Shown piece after piece: positions 1 through 13,195 of a DNA stretch of 64,000 nt. Positions within the stretch are counted from its first letter, which is position 1. The number at the start of each line of letters is the position of its first letter. A program made the position numbers and the translations under genes. The notes below the pieces were generated by a model. That model saw only the letters and a program-made list of their open reading frames with translations. It was not told where the DNA came from and ran no database searches. The stretch is from Octopus sinensis (Eukaryota): positions 10,230,001-10,294,000 of the forward strand of contig NC_043002.1 in the NCBI RefSeq assembly GCF_006345805.1, read 5' to 3'.

Positions 1-81
1 CACACATACAAGCAAACAGACACACAGACAGTCACACATTTACAACTTAATTATTAATATATATATATATATATACACATG

Positions 82-113
<32 letters not shown>

Positions 114-171
114 CTTATATATATACATACACACATTCATACATACGTACATACATACATACATACATACA

Positions 172-269
<98 letters not shown>

Positions 270-339
270 TATATATACATACACACACATAAATACACAC
301 ACATACGTACACACACACGCACGCAGTATTTACAGCTGC

Positions 340-2900
340 ACTTAAATGCATTATACTAGCTGGCTGAACGAAACAATATGCAGTTTAATGCTGTAAGATT
401 TCAAATAAACCACAGACTGATATTTTCAGGACCTGAGAGCATCACATACAGTGAAACATTGCCAAAATAGAAACAAAGTATAGATAACTAGCGGGATTGA
501 TTCTATGGTCCTTCCGGGTAAGACACTCAGATTTCATATCGGCTCCGTGGAACAAATTCGTTCTAAGCCTCCTGGTCTATTGCTCATAGCTGTTATCACT
601 GCATAGCGTCAAAGTAACAACAGAACTTGATGCGATCCAACGCTGCTATATTAAACCGTTTGTCACTGTGCAGCAGATGAAGTACTGGTAGATCCTGATA
701 AAACTACGATTTTACTTCTTGGAGGAAATTCTACAAGTGATAGTACATGACCTCGGCTTCAGGTTTACTGGATGCCATTGTGTTGTACCAAGGCATCGTC
801 CTCTGTATCTAAAGCAACAGCAATCTACGTAGGAACGAATTATATGAACTTTAGTTTATCGAAATTATTGTATATAAAGGCAATAATAAATCTCTGAACG
901 AGGTATAAACAGTAACTGCACGACAATGTGAGGTATATTTGCCATCTCAATATGGCTAACCACTAAGGGTGGGTGTTACTGTTGACGAGGGAAGGATGAC
1001 TTCCCTTTGCAATACCGATAGGGCACAGAAAGTGTGCCTATAGCCAGCTGGAGGAGATGTTCTCCTGGGGCTACAAGCTACAGTAACACCCACCCTTAGT
1101 GGTTAGCCATATTGAGATGGCAAATATACCTCACATTGTATATATAACTTAACCTAAATATGTTTCTCTCAACGACTGACCCAGTCCATATCTAATTTAA
1201 TTGAATCCGCTGATAGGATTTATTAAGTCATTTTTAAGACAATTTTTGTGGTATCATGGCCAATTAAAGTAAATAACTGTAACTAGTTGAGGTGTGGCTA
1301 GGCAAATATGTTTATCTGATATCCCTTGAAGAACTTTCTGCAGGATTCGTTTGAAGGTAAATGGATATTTTTCTTTGATATTTTTACGGATAATTTGAAA
1401 TAGACCAGATCTTATTGAGTGAAAGTAATTACATTGCAGTGGATTTATGTGTTATGAGCCTGAAATGTGTTGGGGGCGTATGGCACGTGGCCTCAGCCTT
1501 GGATCAATTCTGAATCTGACGTTAAGGACGTGTGGGCAATACTGGTGTATCATCCACATTGTGCAAATGATGTAACGCTCATGGTGACACTGAAAGGAAC
1601 AAAGATTCAGCAAACCTGATCAATCATGAACTTTTTTGTGAACGCTCTCTAGAGTGACTCAATTCTAGTAATGGTTTGTTTGGTGTGGGGTGACCACATG
1701 GTGCAGCAGTATTCGCCGTGTGGCCATACAAAGGAGAAGATATCTTGCTCTCTGATCCGCACAACCAGAGAGCAAGTTGTCATTGATAATTTTCTGGAGA
1801 TTAGAGTTATCAGCAATTATTCTTAATTTGTTGGGTTTTATGTCGTTTGTATAGAGAAGGGAGTCCTGCGGTGCCTCTTTCTGGGCTTGAGCGGAATCCA
1901 CCGATTGCACATGTGGTCTGTTCACAAAGAAGTAATCAGACGTAGTAGTTTTCCACGTATTACAACTCTAATATTTGACAATTTGAAACGTGAATACTCT
2001 GATCAACTCTGTCAACGCTTTACTGGTGTCATAATACATGGCATCAGATTTCGAATGTGATCACAAAGTTTGAAGATATTATTGATGCATTGTAAGTGCT
2101 GGTTCGCCCAGAAGCCAATTATCCACGATCTCACTAACCTTTCAAAAACTTTGATGGTATGGAAGATGAGTGACACTGGGCAATAGTTTTGGAAGATCGG
2201 GGTGACATTTTGAGATAAGAACTGTTTCAGTATCAAGCCTGAGTGTAAAGAATTTCTTCAAAGCTTGGTTAGAAGGGATGCAAATCGATGTCTACATTCA
2301 TTCAGGACATTAGCGGCGAATCTATGAGATACTACAGCAGAATTTTATCTTTTATTTACTGCTGCTATGATGTCTGAGGCGGTGGCAGTTCTATATCCTT
2401 GAGGTCACTAAAGACAGAGTAGTGCCGTTTCTGCAGAAATACCGCCATTTAATAACCCACGCGTGAGAGCGATTCTATTCTTGTTGGCATAAGAATGGAA
2501 CACTTTCAGGAACTGTTTTTAATTACCCAGTTTTCCTCAGCAGCTTTTTGATTGTGGAAGTAGGTTTTCATGCTGGCCTGCATATGCTGTTTCTCCACCT
2601 CAAGCCTTTTATTGTTGCTGAATGTAGATGCTGTTGGTGGTTTTGTTTTAATTGGTTGATTTTTGTATAGTCTTTTGATTCAAGCAATGAGTTTGTTTTT
2701 CTCTTTTGGAATCCAGTTTCTCTTGGTGCTTGTGAATTTCGTAGAAATCATTGGGAAAAATGGTTTACTACTTCTTTATTTAGTCAGTGCGATCTTTATT
2801 TTAAGAGCGTGCGATCTGCTCTAGTGATGCTGAATTTTTAAAATTTTCACCTCGGTGTCAACGTGAGTGTTGTTTCGGCGGGTTTCCCTGAGGATGAAGA
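340..2900. mobile_element. Old rearranged CR1/L2-group LINE: RT C-terminal part on + (340-870), 5' and RT part on - (about 1690-2900)
   Basis: Plus strand reads WLAERNNMQFNA; minus-strand ORFs VTPIFQNYCPVSL..IKVFERLVR and KLRIIADNS (decayed ADD motif); many stops and indels. Confidence 0.75.
923..1139. mobile_element. MITE-like element with perfect 60-bp inverted termini
   Basis: 923-982 is the exact reverse complement of 1080-1139; absent from the paralogous site near 44640. Confidence 0.85.
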
Positions 2901-5509
2901 AAGAGATGCAGAATGTCATTTCAAAAATCCAGCTCAATATGTATGGAATCTTGTAATAGTGGGCATTGAATGGGGATGTGAAATTATGATTTCATGAATG
3001 GGAAGTTTCAGTACTTTAGTGAATCACTCATTTATAACGCCATGTTCATCTGCTAGAATTACGACCAATATTCATGTAAAAAACTCCCTACTACCTCAAT
3101 TAAATAATACGTTGCATTACATGTTCCCAGGTGGCATTTCCTAATTGGGGCTTCGTTCTTATCGCCAAATGATTTGATATTCTATTTTCCAGTGTTATTT
3201 GTCGAGTTATATGTCGGTCATAAATTAGTGCCGAACGCTAAAAGTAAAACTAACAATGAACATTGCATTGCAAACCTAAAACATATTTGTATTATAACTA
3301 TAAATCAGAAATTCAAGTAGAGAATGCATGTTTACGGTTTCCATACACCACATACGGCGGCTGTTTGTTACATAAACTCAAATTCTGAAAACATTTGCAA
3401 TACTAGTTAATTTCATTTTGTGAAATAATTTTCAGCTCATTAAGGATTTCGAGGTAAGTTACATGTGTAGTAGCAATTTAGAACTGAATTTGTTTTCATT
3501 TTGTTTATGAAATGTGACGCAAAAACCTATTCTAATTAATCCCTAGACGGATGACACGAACACTAATTACCTTTCGTTTTGAATATAAATGCCTTGTAAT
3601 TATTTTACCCTTTCATATTTTACCCTTTCATATGGAATCTATTTTGCGTGAAATTCCACTCGGAGTCATAGGTGGAATATGACTTTGAAATAGTTATTAT
3701 TGTTGTTTAATTTACATAAGGAATTAAAACAAAATCTATGATCACAATAAATTCTATTCGTGGACGTCACATACTATTTATGTTTTCAGGAATGGACTTT
3801 CCTTTTTGTTAAATGATTTGCGAAATAACGAATGATACTAGCAAGATTTGGTTGGTATTTCTAGCAGGTCCATTAAAACGTGTAGGCTCCCTACTTGGCA
3901 TGTTATGGGAGTTCTGTGCTCTTGTTTCTGTTTGCTATTGTATTGTTCGATAGTTGAGGTTCATTACTTTGAAAATTGTATTTTTTTTAGAATCATGCAC
4001 AACAACTCATGCATTTCTATTATAATATTTCCCTCTAGAGGTTGAACCAGGGGTTCGTATTTATTTATTTATTTATTTATTTATTATTTATTTATTCATT
4101 CATTTATTCATTTGTACTGAAATGGAACAGATCACCATTGAAAACTGCCGCATGAGAGAAAAGAGCTGTGCGTGCAATTCGTCAAAATCTGTGTACCTGG
4201 TAACGCTCTATCAAGTTGATGCTGGTGCAAATCACCTTGTCGCTATTATATTCTGTTTTATACGTTATCGAAATCATTGTAGTACATAACCAGCTCAAAA
4301 AGCTGTTAAAATCAGCTACAGTTTATTTGATGAAACTTCAGAATTTTTGTCGCACAAACACGACCTAGTTACTGACACTTAAATTACTTTGCTACGTATA
4401 TAATACTTTTCGTCTGAGTTAATCCTCATTCATATGGATGTATACATATAAAAAAAAAGGGCCTATGCATACATACATATATTCGTCAGTCTATTTGTAT
4501 ACACGTCTATATTTGCGTATGGATATATTCTTGCGTGTAATTGTGATGGTTACATTATACTGATAGCTGTTTAAACAGTTATCTATGCGATGTTCCGATT
4601 GATATATGTCAGTTGCTATTCTTTTAAAACAACAAAAAAGAGACATATTATTAACTCTCTCGTATGTACACTTTCTTTTCTGGAGAGTTATATTATACTT
4701 TGTTGTATTTCATTGTGCTTGATGTCGGCCCTCCTGTGCTACACACTATTTCCAATGAAACATTAAAATTTCATTACATTCTGAAGTGATGTTCGGCGTC
4801 AATAAAATAAACATATGAATGCTCAGATCGATATGATTAAATAGTCCCTTTTCTAAAAGTTTCTTCAATTCTACGTTTACAAGGAAGGATTATGAATATA
4901 TTTATGTATCGCGGATTCAGTTACTATGTTTTTCAGTGCTTCTAAGAGGCTGTCATGGTTATATAAAGTCGAAGGTGTTCTATATTATTTCCAATGTTTT
5001 CTAATGTGAATTTCTACTTTTGAACCAATAAGCTTGCGTGAGTGTGCAGGTCGCCATTAATGCGACTAAAAATTTAATACCAAATAATAAATATTTAATT
5101 AAACTTAAGAGGCTTTGTGTGTTTTGAATGGCTAATATGTGGCTTCTAGGCGATGTTGATTTAGTTTAAGCACAGTTTCATGTCAAATCACTTTCGCAAA
5201 TATGTCTCCAATGTTCCATTTCAATTTTGGGAATATTCTCATTGGCTATATAAGATTCAATATTAATTATTAAGCAAAGCTGACATTCTGTTCTTTATTC
5301 TGGAACACGTGACTCTAAACATAATATTTTGCGTGCTTCTATATAACATGCAAAGCGTTATAACTTCTCTCAACATCAACATAATACCGCTAGTATTCCG
5401 GGTAGGCCACAATAACACACATTTATTCGGTATTTTACACGTAATTATAGAGTCAACCACTGAAGTATGAGAGACAAAGTATATGCAGGAGGCGAACACC
5501 AACCTTGCC

Positions 5510-5870
5510 CCTAACTCACACGTTATTTGACATGTATCCGCTTCCATTACAGTTTCCGGCGCATCATTATACACCTTGGTCTCAGGTCTACCACGGGGAT
5601 GATTTTCAAGAGTAAAGTCACTAGACCAGAACTTCTCAAACCATCAACGTCCAGTGTTCTCATTCGACACATCTTCCCCAACACCTCATTGATTCTTCGA
5701 GTTGTCTGGGAAGCATTGGTTCCACGACGGAACTCGTATTCATAAACAACACGAATTTTTGATCTACCCATGGGTTCACAAAAATTGATTTACAAGAGTA
5801 AACTCACAATATAGTCAGACACCATGAATTGCATTTCGAAATGTAAATCTTCAATGTTGTAAAACATTGG
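5510..5870 (-). mobile_element. Mariner transposase N-terminal (HTH) fragment at the copy 1 deletion breakpoint
   Basis: MGRSKIRVVYEYEFRRGTNASQTTRRINEVLG resembles the mariner N-terminus; frameshifted downstream. Confidence 0.8.
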
Positions 5871-6195
5871 ATGAAGCATTCGAGTTAATGTCTATCAAAC
5901 TTCGTGCCTAAGAAAGTCGGAAATTTCATTCTTAATGACCCGATACATACGGAGACACGTCTAGCGTAGCATTGCCAGTACAAATTGCACGCACATTATG
6001 TACACAGAGGATGTGCGTACAAACACGACTGAAATACAAGCGTTTACCTTTGTAGTAATGTGTCATGCGAATTCAGTCTGAAAATTACATGAAAACAATG
6101 TGTCAGTAAAATAAACTGCCAAGTCACGGCATTATTTCGAGGAGGAGGTTAATTAGTTGATCTGAAATCGACGATGACAGAATCCGTATGCAAAA

Positions 6196-6610
6196 GGCGG
6201 CGAGCTGGCAGAAACGTTAGCGCGCCGGGCGAAATGCGTAGCCGTATTTCGTCTGCATCTACGTTCTGGGTTCAAATTCTGCCGAGGTCGAATTTGCCTT
6301 TCATCCTTTCGGGGTCGATTAAATAAGAACCAGTTACGCACTGGGGTCGATATAATCGACTTAATCCCTTTGTCTGTCCTTGTTTGTCCCCTCTGTGTTT
6401 ATCCCCTTGTCGGTAGTAAAGAAATAGGTATTTCATCTGCTGTTACGTTCTGAGTTCAAATTCCTCCGAGGTCGACTTTGCCTTTCATCCTCTCGGGGTC
6501 GATAAATTAAGTAGCAGTTACGCACTAGGGTCGATCTAATCGACTTAATCCGTTTGTCTGTCCTTGTTTGTCCCCTCTATGTTTAGCCCCTTGTGGGCAA
6601 TAAAGAAATA
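6196..6610 (+). mobile_element. SINE family A (tRNA-derived, octopus-type), dimeric, 16-bp TSD
   Basis: Head ggcggcgagctggcagaaacgttagc with B-box-like gttcaaattc; TSD agaatccgtatgcaaa at 6179-6194 and 6611-6626; empty site near 32530. Confidence 0.88.
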
Positions 6611-7380
6611 AGAATCCGTATGCAAAGTATGTACTGTCATAAGAGCCAGCTGTCCTGTTGACGTGAATATCTGTCTAAAATCAAAGAGAATGAGATATAC
6701 TATGGACAACTACTTCGAAAGATCCATTTTCTACATCCAGGTTACAAGTTTGCCTTTATACGAATAATAATTGATGGACATGATTTTTCTGAGTAAATGA
6801 CAAACATACTGTCTACACAGACTTGGATTTTCAGAAAATGACAACCAGTAAGAGGTACAGTAAAACTCTGCAAGATGTTTCTGAAATTTAAAATGACTTT
6901 TTTTCCTTATTTATATTCCAACGATTGAGCTTTCTATCTTTGTTACAAACCAGCTCCTTCAGAGAAAGAATTTAAATGATTAAAAACAGAACAGAACATA
7001 CATAACTGGCACTCCTTCGGTTAAGGTGATATGTGTTTCAGTTGATCCGGTCAATGGAACAGCCTGGTCGTGAACTTAACGTGCAAGTTACTGAGCACTC
7101 CACAGGCACACATACACTTAACGTAGTTCAGGGAGATACAGCGTGTCACAGAATATGACAAGGCCGGCCCTTTCTACTCATTTTTGCCAGCTGAGTTGAC
7201 AGGAACAACTTGAAATAAAGTGTCCTGCTCAAGGTCCAAAAGCGCCGCGGAGAACCGAACTCAGGACCTTACGATAGTAAGCTAATTACCCTTTTTGCAT
7301 TAATCATTAAGCCTCGTGCATTCACATACATAGACCTGTCTACATACATGCATGCATACATACATACATACATACATACA

Positions 7381-7482
<102 letters not shown>

Positions 7483-7895
7483 CACAATGAGTTTAAAAAA
7501 TCCATAGTTATTATCGAGAAGATATGAAATAGAGAGTGAAGTAGAGGAATGAAAACAGACGTGGGATTCGTATCTCACGATTCGTATCTCCACTTCACTC
7601 TGTATTTCATATCTTCTCTAGAATAACTAGTACCTATGCATTTTCTCGTACCGTCTCGGAAAAAGCTGTAAGGCCACTTTATAAATGTTCTAAAATCTTT
7701 CACAGCCTTGGATTTTTTAAAATCTCATTCTGAAATTTTTTTTATATATATACATGCTAATATATGACCTACGTTGGACTCCTCATTCGCATAATCACCG
7801 AGCCTGGAGCTTAACTATTGTCTGTTCATAGCACTTACTCAGCAATACCTGACACCTTTGGGTCTTCTTCACACCATTACCTCTCGTAATTTCAA

Positions 7896-7898
<3 letters not shown>

Positions 7899-7992
<94 letters not shown>

Positions 7993-8032
7993 GTCCGTCC
8001 GTCCGTCCGTCCGTCCGTCCGTCCGTCCGTCC

Positions 8033-8086
<54 letters not shown>

Positions 8087-8110
8087 TTGTCTGTCTATGT
8101 ATGTATGTGT
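7899..8110. repeat. Compound tetranucleotide microsatellite (ATCT)n(GTCC)n(GTCT)n
   Basis: Directly visible. Confidence 0.97.
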
Positions 8111-10103
8111 GTATGTATTTGTGTATGTATTTGTTGTTTACACACACACACACAAACACAAAACACACATATATATTTATTTATAGTTCAAGTCAGGTGA
8201 ATAAGGGACATAGATGTTAAGGCACTGGTTTGTGTCAAAATTTAACAAAGCAACCATAGACGAATAAAAACATTGCCACCGAAATACAGAAAGATATTAA
8301 GGTTATATATACAATTAATTGAACCCAACTTAGTGTATCATCAGCCCATGGGCTAATCCAGAAAGGCATAGTCTCTTAAATATACGGTCCAAAATACACT
8401 TCAGATCACGCTAGGAGCAGGCTACGAGAGAAGTGAATCGTAGCTAAATAGATAACCAATGATGGATAGATTTCAATTTGTTACAGTTTTAATTGATTAT
8501 AGGTAATTTTATCGTTATAAAAAGCCATTTTCCTCAGATGAATACACGAACCGCGTTATTCAGAACATTTAAAAACATATAATCCATGGCATGGGCATAT
8601 TGTTTGACTCCACGATCATCACTGGCCGCAGAATGAGTTTGCCAAATCAAAACAAATTTTAAAATGGTTTTATAGCAGAGGACAGCACGACGTCATAAAC
8701 AGATTGGGTGTATTTAAGATTTATAGCTTAGAAGGTGGTTAGTCCGCATAGTAGGTGGGGGGGGGAGGGGAGAAACAGCCGGGCGTCTTCTCTCCACAAT
8801 TAAGAAAGAGATAATTCAGTTCCCCTTATGATACGACCCAACTAGAGATATATGCTTAGAAGCGAAAAGTAAGGTCCACGCTTCTTTTTATATATTTATC
8901 TGTTTAACACCCATCCATACAAGCTTTATTAATAAGTGTGCTTGATGGAGCCATAGAAACAATAATTCTATTTATAGAATGGAAAGGGAGGAATAAGGAT
9001 GGTAATTCGTCGTGTTAATAGATAACTAAGGAAGTATACAATTACTAGCGTACTATAACACCATTATATGAAACCAAATGATAATAGTAAGAGAGAGATT
9101 ATGGTAGATAAAAACTGAACTGGAAAAAAGAGGTTATAATAAACAAATAGCAGGGTATTGTCATAATAAAAGAATTTGGATAATAAAAATATAACTAGTA
9201 AAAATTTCATGCAAATCAGGAAAAATATAATAAGATATAACAATGATAATGTCGTGTAGTAATTATAAAGATAATCTTAAAGAAACTGAAGAATAGTTAG
9301 AAATAGTACAATGGAAGTTAGATGAAAGAAATAATGCAATATAAAGGGGGCCATTATAACAGGTAAAACGTATATTTGGAGCATAAGAATAATGAAAATA
9401 ACATAGCTGGTGAGTGGTGGTAGGAGGATGAGTAAAATACGAAAAGTCTATTTCTTACTTTAGATTATAAAGTCAGACACAGAGAAGAACCTTATGTATA
9501 AAAATGTATTTAAAAATATAATTATAAATGTACACTTCAATTTCATTAACGGCTTTTAAAATGATATAACGTACCCATAATGAATTTTTTAATTCGTTAG
9601 AAAAGATATAATTAATTGACACCTATCTGTCGCTCTGGTAACCGGGTGCTCGCGACTGGGGATGGGCCAAGCAGCACAAACTGAGTCTCTGTCGCGATCC
9701 TGTTCTCTGCTACAGAATGGTGCAGCTAAAATTAAAATCTGAATATTAAAATTATTTTATTATAGTTTACAAATAACACTATACTTATCTAAGTAGAATT
9801 TGACTAATTTACTACCTTAAATACAGAAAAAAGTGACTAATTAGACAAACTTACAAATTAGCTGAACAATTTTGTACAATAAATTTAAAAGATGAGAACT
9901 ATAAAGAGTGATAAATTAGAAGAACTGGCATTATTTGCTGCAATATTTAAAGTAAAAGGTTCCTTATTCTTTACTTTACTAGAAGTAATAGCTTGTCCTA
10001 TACTTTTCCAGGTGTAATAACCTCTCCTGTACTTTTCCAGGTTTATAATCTTAGGAATATTACTATTCATGCTCGCATTTTTCCATGTAAGATATATATA
10101 TAT

Positions 10104-10145
<42 letters not shown>

Positions 10146-10147
10146 AA

Positions 10148-11290
10148 TTTCAATACGGAGTAAATAATTCACGAGAATATATTTTGGAAGCGATCATTGA
10201 CTCTATTGTTATCTAGTGTAACAGTTTAAAATTAATAATAACAGAATAAATAATATAGGCGATAGCAGGCATCCCCACTAAAAAAAAACAATCCTTAAAT
10301 AGCTGAAGGATTAAAATTAATCAAAGGGCATATTAAGTATGTCTACCTGCTGGAAATAACAGTCAAAACTATGAAATAAGACAATGAGAAAATAATAAAT
10401 TCTCATTAATATTGTCTCTTTAAAAAAATATTTTTCCCAAGAGTGGCTGTGTCGTAAGTAGCTTGCTTACGAACCACATGGTTCCGGGTTCAGTCACACT
10501 GTGTGGCAACTTGGGCAATTTAAATTTGATTAACATACACTGATATGATTAACAAACACTGATAAAAACTACAGAGATCAACCGTCCGAACGCAAACGGA
10601 CTAAGACAATCTCTCATCATACATTCAAGTATCTGGACTCACGGGGACTGGTTTCTGGATCGGCATAATAGCCCCCAAAATTCTCAGGACGCGTTACCAT
10701 GTTGGAGAGCCCCAACCCGTCATGTTAGAGTCTGTGCTGCAACTGATGCGTTTTGCACCAGTCTGAAAATAATTTCAATACGGAGAAAATATTTGCGAAA
10801 ATATCATTGACTCTATTATTATCTAGTGTAGCAATTTAAAAATGATAATAACAAAATCAATAATATAGGCGATTGCAGGCCCCTAAGAAGGATTAAATAA
10901 CTGAAGAATGAAAATTAATCAAAGGACATACTAAGTAAGTTTAGCTGCTGGAAATAACAGTCAAAACTCTTACTTAAATCGCCAAAATACACTGCAATCG
11001 CCTACATTAAACTTCCTCATAAAAGACATATATCTATCACCATCTCTGAACCAAAACAATGGAATTCTACACTTCATAGCGTGCTGCCTTCTTAGCTCAC
11101 ATCTGAACAGTCAAACGACTGGCCATCGGGGAAAATAAGAAATATGAAATAAGACAATGAGAAAATAATAAATTCTCATTAATGTTGTCTCTTTAATAAA
11201 TGTTTTTCCCATGAGTGGCTGTGTGGTACGTAGGAGTGGCGCAGGAGTGGCTGTGTGGTAAGTAGCTCGCTTACGAACCACATGGTTCCG
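10148..11290 (+). repeat. Diverged direct duplication (about 10148-10520 and 10772-11290), each copy ending in a family C SINE head
   Basis: aatttcaatacggag...tcattgactctatt and gaaataagacaatgagaaaataataaattctcattaat each occur twice. Confidence 0.8.
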
Positions 11291-11660
11291 GGTTCAGTCA
11301 CACTGTGTGGCAACTTGGGCAAGTGTCTTCTACTATAGCCTCGGGCCAACCAAAGCCTTGTGAGTTGATTTGTTAGACGGAAATTGAAAGAAGCCCGTCG
11401 TATATTTGTATATATGTATATATATGTGTGTGTGTGTTTATGTGTCTGTGTTTGTCCCCCCCCCAACATCGCTTGACAACCGATGGTGGTGTGTTTACGT
11501 CCCCGTAAACTTAGCTGTTCGGCAAAAGATACTGATAGAATAAGTACTACGCTTACAAAGAATAAGTCCTGGCGTCAATTTCCTCGACTAAAACCGGTGC
11601 TCTAGCATGGCCGCAGTCAAACGGCTGAAACAAATAAAAGAAAAAGAAAAAAAAGAAAGA
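11236..11660 (+). mobile_element. SINE family C (tRNA-derived, internal microsatellite)
   Basis: Head ggcgcaggagtggctgtgtggtaagtagc; tail cagcatggccgcagtcaaacggctgaaacaaataaaag. Confidence 0.85.
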
Positions 11661-11984
11661 ATGACTAGTGATGCTTGAAATTCTATAAGCAATTTTTAAT
11701 GGCTAATTACTTTCCACCAACCATGTTTGTGTCCGTGCGTGTGTTTTGTGTATGACTGTGGGTGTGATTGAGTGCGCATGAATGTTTAGCAACTTTTGCA
11801 CATATGTTGTCGAATTTTAATAATACTGATGTTTGCTACATAATTTCGACTATCTCGTATAATCCTGTCGTATTACTAGTGTGAAAAAATAAAAAAAAGA
11901 CTCTTAAGGTCGCTATTATTTTCACAAAAATCAAACAAAATTTCCATGAACTTTCCTATTAACAAATAATATCTTATTTTACAG

Positions 11985-12052
11985 TTTGCAGGGTGAGTCG
12001 TAAATATGGAAATTGGAAATGCATTGTCCATTCGAATCGATTTGAATACTAA
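11985..12052 (+). pseudogene. Orphan terminal exon of copy 1: (I/V)CRVSRKYGNWKCIVHSNRFEY*; coding exons 1-3 are not found upstream
   Basis: Identical acceptor tcttattttacag; 68 nt to TAA; AATAAA at 12113-12118; flanks 11770-12300 align with 57200-57720. Homology of copy 1 to copies 2 and 3 stops at about 5505, before the ATG exon. Confidence 0.72.
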
Positions 12053-12319
12053 AAGAAAATTCCATATTCAGTGCACTTTAATCTCAATAGATTTCGACAA
12101 TGTACCTATGTCAATAAAGTATAATGAGATATGGAAATCAGTATTTTATACATGCGACAAATATTGACTTACCATTATTGCTATTACACATGTACTGTCA
12201 CCTGTTTAAGCGGGAAACTCCGCTGTATTTGTTTATTCTGATTGACACTATTTAGCATAGATAAACCACAATTTACGCATGAACATATTAGCACACAAAC
12301 ACGCATACATATTTGTGTG

Positions 12320-12321
12320 GG

Positions 12322-12352
<31 letters not shown>

Positions 12353-12525
12353 TATATATAATATATATATATATACATATATATATCATATATATATATA
12401 TACATATATATATATACATATATATATATACATATATATATATATAATATATATATAATATATATATACATATATATATATATACATATATATATATACA
12501 TATATATATACATATATATATATAC

Positions 12526-12597
<72 letters not shown>

Positions 12598-12644
12598 GTA
12601 TATATATATATTTATATATATATGTATATATATATATATATATC

Positions 12645-12677
<33 letters not shown>

Positions 12678-12705
12678 CACACACACACATATGTATATAT
12701 ATATA

Positions 12706-12755
<50 letters not shown>

Positions 12756-12765
12756 TATAATATAC

Positions 12766-12812
<47 letters not shown>

Positions 12813-12842
12813 TATATATATATATATCTATATATATATATA

Positions 12843-12878
<36 letters not shown>

Positions 12879-12916
12879 CATATATATATATAATATACAT
12901 ATTTCTATATATTCAT

Positions 12917-12975
<59 letters not shown>
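12320..12975. repeat. Long compound (AT)n/(AC)n microsatellite; similar tracts at 55-320, 7330-7480, 14346-14730, 41920-42010 and 63745-63965
   Basis: Directly visible; source of the many YI-rich spurious ORFs. Confidence 0.97.
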
Positions 12976-12976
<1 letters not shown>

Positions 12977-13195
12977 GGGAAGAGTTTACGAAAATACAAA
13001 AGACGAAGACAGGTGATGTACAAAACAAACAGATGTATTAGTATAACGCTCAGGAATAGAAGAAGTCTTTTACATTTGGAGCCTACGCTCTTCTACAGAA
13101 AAGGACACAGAAAAAACAAGGAGAGAAACAAGGAGAGAAAAAGTGTGTGCCAGACAGAAGGGTCATACACCATATATATATATATATATATTTAT

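Noticed and set aside
5263-5574. 103-aa minus-strand Cys-containing ORF
   Set aside because: Frame broken by stops and indels in the paralogous regions (24400-24630 and 50850-51090); it lies antisense in the 5' intron of the plus-strand gene.
12160-12300. Conserved antisense GGTAAGT donor behind the terminal exon (also near 57595)
   Set aside because: No conserved start or acceptor; expected by chance at this level of identity.
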